This document shows, in pieces, positions 56,051 through 64,000 of a stretch of DNA of 64,000 bases (positions within the stretch are counted from its first letter, which is position 1; every line of letters begins with the position of its first letter). Location: the NCBI RefSeq assembly GCF_006345805.1, contig NC_043003.1, forward strand, positions 64,666,001-64,730,000. The letters run 5' to 3'. A program made the position numbers and the translations under genes. The notes under the pieces are model-generated. The model had not been told where the DNA came from and did no database searches. It saw nothing but the letters and a program-made list of their open reading frames with translations. Source of the stretch: Octopus sinensis (lineage: Eukaryota).

Positions 56051-56770
56051 GTACTTATACGCCACGGATAACTAGTAACCGGTGCTGTGAATCTTAAGAA
56101 TCGAGACAGTAATTATCTAAGGTTGATGATGATAGTATAAACTGAAACCCAAACAAAAGGGCTGTTATCAAAAACATTACACGCATGATAAGCAAGAAGA
56201 AATCTTATCCTCCTTCACCCCTGCACTCAAGGGAATATACTCTTCCTTCTCTCTTGCTGTACCTCTTCAATGACTATCCAACACCTTGCATATAGATTGT
56301 CTAACGTGTTCTTTTATTGAATGTTAATGAGCTCAAAAACAAAAATCACATGCCTCAAAATGATCCTGGGCCCTTCAAGTTTCTCAATTAATCTTTGTCT
56401 ATATAATAAGTTTTAAACAGTATTCATGAGCTGACTCCCCTTGGATAAAATACACCTAAATCAGGAATTTGAAGAGGAGGACATTAGAGTAAAGGAAAAT
56501 TAATCTTTTGACAGTAAACAGTCGCAGGCTTGGCTATGTGGTTAGAAGCTTGCTTCCCAACCACATGGTTTCGGTACCTTGGGCAAGTATCTCCTACAAT
56601 AGCCTCGGGTCGACTAAAGCCTTGTGAGTGGATTTGACAGACAGAAACTGAAAGAAGCCTGTCGTACATATATATATTTACATAGTTCAAGTTTATAGGA
56701 AAACAAAGACGAAGATAGGTGTTGGAACAACAAGCAACTGTATGACACTCGGGGGAAAAATGGAAGAGTG

Positions 56771-56805
56771 TTTTGCGTTTCGAGCCTACGTTCTTCAACA
56801 GAAAG
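56771..56805 (-). ncRNA. Decayed or variant hammerhead-like motif
   Basis: TTT-CTGTTGA-A-GAAC GTAG GCTC-GAAAC-GCA-AAA. Lies in a fragment (about 56690-56880) inserted in a SINE's internal microsatellite. Confidence 0.35.
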
Positions 56806-57614
56806 GAATACGATAAAATAAACAGAGAGAGAATGAATAAAGACGTGTCGGGTTCAGTGGTCCAACATGACGGATCATGACGGACATACACAGACATAAA
56901 GACACACACACACACATCGATAATACATACACACACACACCGATAATACATACACACACACTCATATATATATATATATACATCATATATGTATCCATGT
57001 GTGAGTGTCTTTATGTCTGTGTATTCCGTCACCACCTCTTGACAACCGGTTGTTGTATGTTTACGTAGCTGTATCTTAGCGGCTCGGCAAAAGCGACCGA
57101 CAGAATAAGTACTAGGCTTAAAAGAAAAAACAAAAGAGTACTGGAGTCGATTTATTCGACTAAAATTTTTAAAGGCGGTGCCCCAGCATGGCCGCAGTCT
57201 AATGACTGAGGCAACTAAGAGAGATAAAAGTTAAAAGAGATCGTATATCGGTTAATACGAAAAAATAACTCACTCATTTTTTTATTTATAGAGTCCTACA
57301 GTTTCTATTCATGGCCAGCCTAGCAAATCATTCGCTGATCTCAAAGGGAATTCTGTAATTACTAAAAGTGAATATACTCAAATTAATCCAAGCTCATAAA
57401 CAGCAACATGTTGTAAAACAATATTGTTGAAATCATTTTAATAAGTTAATTACTAAGATTAATTTCTCCATTGAGTGTCGGTTCCTTCAAACTCTTCATC
57501 TGGTTGTATACGTTCTGTTTTCTTTGAGCGAATATAAAGTAAGTTTGTACATGAATAAGTCAATCAGCTTAAAACAACGAGTTATTGTGGCAGCCATCAT
57601 AACTGGAAAGCCCA

Positions 57615-57890
57615 CTTTATGAAAACACTATTAATGTCATATTTGCCGAAGAACTTCTTCCGGTAATTAACTTTATGAAGCAGCATGGTTTTCTTCATAA
57701 AGATCTTAAGTGTCATTGCCGTAATGTTTCTCAGAACAAGACAAGATTCTCTATAGAAAGATAACCATACATGGATGTATCAAGTGAAGAAAAGTGCCAA
57801 ATATAAATAGTATGAAACAATTCTTAAAATATCATTTTATTTATTAGTTATTAATTTATTGTTTTTGGTCGATCAAGAAATCTTATGTAA
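57615..57890 (+). pseudogene. Possible Merlin/IS1595-like transposase N-terminal relic
   Basis: VINFMKQHGFLHKDLKCHCRN, then in other frames KDNHTWMYQVKK and IYCFWS. Reminiscent of the Merlin N-terminal zinc-ribbon region; recognised by eye only. Confidence 0.3.
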
Positions 57891-58529
57891 ACATTGCCAA
57901 AGTACGCCAATAAAATTCATAATACGGTAAATCATTCTTTGAATTCTGTTGTAGCTTGGGAGTGTCGTTATACCAATACTCCTTTCTACTATAGGCACAA
58001 GGCCTGAAATTTGGGGGAGGCGACCAGTCGATTACATCGACCCCAGTGTTTCCCTGGTACTTAATTTATCGACCCCGAAAGGATGAAAGGTAAAAATCGA
58101 CTGCGACGGAATTTAAACTCAGAACGTAGCGGCAGCATTATACCAATAATAAACACACGCACTGGTTATGCTTTCACTTCTTTCATTTTTATTAATCAGT
58201 TGGTTAGAAACAGTGTGTATGTTTGTTATTATTGGTATTACGACTATCCCGAGATGCAACAGAATATGTTTCAACGCACAAATTCACATCAAGAATCTTG
58301 AAAACTAAATGCAAAAAGGAAATATTCGTTGAATTTTTTGATAAAATTACCAAGATGCATCGTCAGTCAGTATAGAAATTTATTGAAGTAAAGAAATGCA
58401 GAGTTGCAGGAGAAACTCCTCCCGGCAGGACTGTATGTGACATAAAAAGTATTTAAGTAATATTATTTCTATGAGAAGTGGATGGTAAGGAGGGTGATGA
58501 AAGCAGAAGTGACAGGCAGCAGAACCAGA

Positions 58530-58640
<111 letters not shown>

Positions 58641-58972
58641 AATATATACATATAAATACACTGTACATTTAAACACATAAGAGGTATTCAGACTATTTTT
58701 GTTAAAAAAAGTCTAAAACCATTGGTCCAGGAGTTAGATGGTAAATGTTTTTATTTTTCATTCCCTTCGAAATTTAATCCCTAATAGTGGTTTGGAATTT
58801 AACTGTTCTCTCTAGCGCGCAAGGAATCCTATGATGGATACCTCTTATGTATTTAAATGTACACTGTATTTATGTGAATAATATATAGTCTATTGACTAA
58901 ATTTTTACACGCTAAGCCACTGGTAATGGAAATTTCAAATATTTCTGATTACCCTTTGGCATTATTAAGTAC

Positions 58973-59074
<102 letters not shown>

Positions 59075-59186
59075 GTATATGTATATATATATATATCTTT
59101 ATATATGTATATATATGCATGTATATATACGTATATATATGCATATATATGTGTATATATATATGCATATATGTGTATATATTATA

Positions 59187-59234
<48 letters not shown>

Positions 59235-60045
59235 CATATATGTATATGTATATATATATATATACATATATGTATATATATATGTATAAATATATGTATA
59301 TATATATGTATATGTGTGTGTGTATGTGTGTGTGTCTTTGAAGGATTTTAACAGGTGGATTGAGAAAGATATTGTTTCAAATGACATGCATGAATGCTGC
59401 GGTACAAATTTAAAGAGGCAAATATATCTGATTCAAGATTAACCCATCAAGTATTACTCATTTTTTGAAAGCGTCCTTATTTCGTTCCCTGTATCCTTTC
59501 TCTTTTACTTTTCGCTTGTACTAACCAGAATAAAATACCGATGCTCATTGCCGGATATATACAATTGTTCTTGTCTCTCACGAATAGATATTGAGATCAT
59601 ATATCTAAAATAAATTATGGTTTTGATCATTCAGCTGTGAATTATAACCTGATGATATTTTGTGGTCACTGATTGTAGTTTGTGATGACTACGATATGAA
59701 TGTCTTGAATCGGATTGGTTTTTGACACCGTATAAGATGTTCTGAGATGAGAGACCGAAGATTCCAGATAAGATTACATGTGTGGTTATATATTTTGTTG
59801 TACATACATACATACATACATACATACATACATGCATACATATATATACATGAATATTTATGTTCTGTATATACTAAAAAAAAATTGTATATACATATAT
59901 ATTGGGTCACCCCATAAAAAATGCACTTTTTTTACACAAGGCTATAGTAGAAGACACTTGCCCAAGGGGCCACGCAGTGGGAATGAACCCAGAACCATGT
60001 GGTTGGTAAGCAAGCTACTTACCCCACAGCCACTCCCGCGCCTAT

Positions 60046-60077
<32 letters not shown>

Positions 60078-60156
60078 TCACAAAAAGACAAAAGACGAAG
60101 GCTGGTGGTGTAGACAACTAACAGATGTATTATTTTAGCGCTCGGGAAATGAAATA

Positions 60157-60196
60157 TTCTTTAATGTTTCGAGCCTACGCTCTTTCACAGAAAGAA
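60157..60196 (-). ncRNA. Decayed or variant hammerhead-like motif, same family as 56771
   Basis: TTCTTT-CTGTGAA-A-GAGC GTAG GCTC-GAAAC-ATT-AAAGAA; perfect stems I and II. Confidence 0.4.
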
Positions 60197-60368
60197 TGTG
60201 TAGTGGCTAGCGATATATATAGTTGAAAATGGAGTAAAAAAAAGCTTATGCGGCGGTAATTTTTATTTTAATAATAATGTTAAAGATTATCCCCAAGAAA
60301 AGCCGTCTCTACTCATTTTTTTCAAATATATAATAGTGCCAAGCACTTTCTTTTTACTGTTCTACTTG

Positions 60369-60422
<54 letters not shown>

Positions 60423-60584
60423 ACATAGGTATGTATGTATGTATGTATGTATGTATGTATGTATATATGTATGTATGTATTGCTACATATCTCATCCCAG
60501 ATCTTCGAATTTCTTTTCTTTTGTAATAACCTTGCATTGAAATACAGTTCAAATACTGCAAAATGAGTTAGTATGCAGTTATTT

Positions 60585-61199
60585 TTTCTATTCTAGGCAC
60601 AAGACCCGAAATTTTGGGGGAGGGGGCGGCCAGTCGATTAGCTCAACCCCAGTGCGTAACTGGTACTTAATTTATCGACCCCGAAAGGATGAAAGGCAAT
60701 GTCGACCTCGGCGGAATTTAAACTCAGAACGTAGCGGCAGATGAAATACCTATTTCTTTACTACCCACAAGGGGCTAAACACAGAGGGGACAAACAAGGA
60801 CAGACAAACGGTTTAAGTCGATTATATTGACCACAGTGCTTAACTGATACTTATTTAATCGACCCCGAAAGGATGAAAGGCAAAGTCGACCTCGATGGAA
60901 TTTGAACTCAGAACGTAGCTGCAGACGAAATACCGCTAAGCATTTCGCCCGGCGTGCTAACGTTTCTTATTTCTTTATTGCCCACAAGGGGCTAAACATA
61001 GAGAGGGCGAATAAGGACAGAAAATGGGATTACGTCGATTACATCGACCCCACTGCGTAACTGGTATTTAATTTATCGACCCCGAAAGGATGAAAAGTAA
61101 AGTTGACCTCGGCGTAATTTGAACTCAGAATGTAACGCAGGCGAAATACCGCTAAGCATTTCGCTTAGCACGGTAACGATTCTGCCAGCTCGCCGCCTT
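60585..61199 (-). mobile_element. SINE family A trimer
   Basis: Three tandem units ending at the head GCCAGCTCGCCGCC. Confidence 0.85.
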
Positions 61200-62127
61200 A
61201 GGTAGTATGTAGTATTGTATCTTTCTTTCATAACCAGTAGACGTATGCTTCGTGAGTCTTCTATGCTTTCCGTTACAGTCCATGAGGAGTATTCATAACA
61301 GTACAGATTTGAAATTCCGGCTCTTTAGTTCTGAGTTAAAATCTCGCTGAGGTCAACTTTGGCTTTCATCTTTTCAGAGTTGATAACATCAAGCACCAGT
61401 CAAGCACCGGATTGGATGATACCGACTGACATCCTTCTTTCAAAACTGTTGGCTTTCTACCTAAACCAGAAACAATTTTAACAGAATTGGATAGCAGCAG
61501 ACAGGCAGATTCGTTAACGTACTTCCACATAGCTTCCATTAATCAAATTCCACTCTTAAATGATTGACCGATGCAATGGAATAAGACAATTACACAAGAT
61601 AGTGCAAGGGATCGAACCAGTATCTATGCGATTGTGAAACTAACTCCTTAACCACACGACCATGGCTGCGCACAGTTTACCACCATTTGAGTGTAAATAC
61701 CAATAAATACCGGTTCTTCCGTAGGTTTCTAAGTGACTTCATATTAGATGTACTATTACTAATAGTTTCTCTTTAGCTTCTTTATGTAACAAGAACTCTC
61801 AACAGTTGTTAATGTCGTAACATTTGCCTGAACTATATAATTCTTTCTAATTTTGAAATAGGACTAACAATTACGAGGGGAGGGAGCGAGCTGATTACAT
61901 CGACCCTAGTACTTGACTAATACTTATTTTATCAAACCCGAAAAGATGAAAGGTAAAGGCAAAAGATGAGAGGCAACGACCTCGTTGGAATTTGAACTCA
62001 TGACGTTCAAATTCCCATTCAAATTCCACCGTAACGAACCAGAAGAAATGCTTGTAAGCATTTTGTCCGACGCGCTAATGATTCTATCTGCCCTCCGGCT
62101 TCGTTTGAGTTATATAAGAACAAGTTA

Positions 62128-62555
62128 AGGTGGGCACCTACCAGAATCGTTAGCACGCCGGGCGAAATGCTCAGTGGTATTTCGTCTGTCTTTATGTTCT
62201 GAGTTCAAATTCCGCCGAGGTCGACTTTGCTTTTCATCCTTTCGGGGCCAATTAAATAAGTACCTGTTACGCACTGGAGTCGATATAATCGACTTAAACC
62301 GTTTGTCTGTTCTTGTTTGTCCCCTCTCTGTGTAGCCCCTTGTAGGCTGTAAAGAAATAAGAAACGTCAGCACGCCGGGCAAAATGCTCAGCGGTATTTC
62401 GTTTGTCTTTACGTTTTGAGTTCAAATTCCGCCGAGGTCCACTTTGCCTTTCATCCTATCGGGGTCGATAAATTAAGAAACAGTTACGTACTGGGGACGA
62501 TCTAATCGACTGCCCTCCCCCAAAATGTCGGGCCTTGTGCCTAGAGTAGAAAAGA
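62128..62555 (+). mobile_element. SINE family A dimer
   Basis: Two tandem units. Confidence 0.8.
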
Positions 62556-62889
62556 AGAGTATATAAGGACAAGCATTTACGAACGAAATATATATACCTG
62601 TCCTTCTATTATCTATCCTAATGTATCTATGTATATATACATACACAGGAGGCTCAACGGCCCAGTGGTTAGGGCAGCGAAGTCGTGGTCGTAAGATCGC
62701 GGTATCGATTTCCAGATTGGGCACTGTGAGTGTTTATTGAGCGAAAACACCAAAAGCTCCACCTCGCTCCGGCAGGGGGTGATGGTGAACCCTGCTGTAC
62801 TTTTTCACCACAACTTTCTGAACCCAGAACTATGTGGTTGGGAAGCAAGTTTCTTGCCACACAGCTAGGCCTGTGCCAATATGTATATA

Positions 62890-62926
<37 letters not shown>

Positions 62927-62930
62927 ACAG

Positions 62931-64000
<1,070 letters not shown>

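Overview
AT-rich, microsatellite-saturated eukaryotic DNA. The tRNA-derived SINE families and the repeat landscape look like an octopus (coleoid cephalopod) genome; this is inferred from pattern recognition, not a search. Almost every ORF in the track is a microsatellite or SINE artefact. The only credible host coding sequence is one exon at 18814-19312 (+), encoding a signal peptide and an LRR N-terminal cap split by a ~115-aa insert. It is followed by what appears to be a >44 kb intron. Mobile DNA includes a decayed, near full-length piggyBac, CR1/L2-group and RTE LINE 3' ends, mariner and hAT MITEs, a possible Merlin relic and dozens of SINEs from three families. There is a 100-N gap at 16255-16354. 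The most striking signal is a set of short elements embedded in (TA)n tracts that carry minimal type I hammerhead ribozyme motifs, mostly with palindromic stem III. These belong to several sequence families and include a compensatory U3-A8 core variant. Three of these loci form long, near-perfect fold-back hairpins (about 420, 240 and 190 bp). The pattern fits relics of microsatellite-targeting Penelope-like retroelements lying inside the LRR gene's intron.
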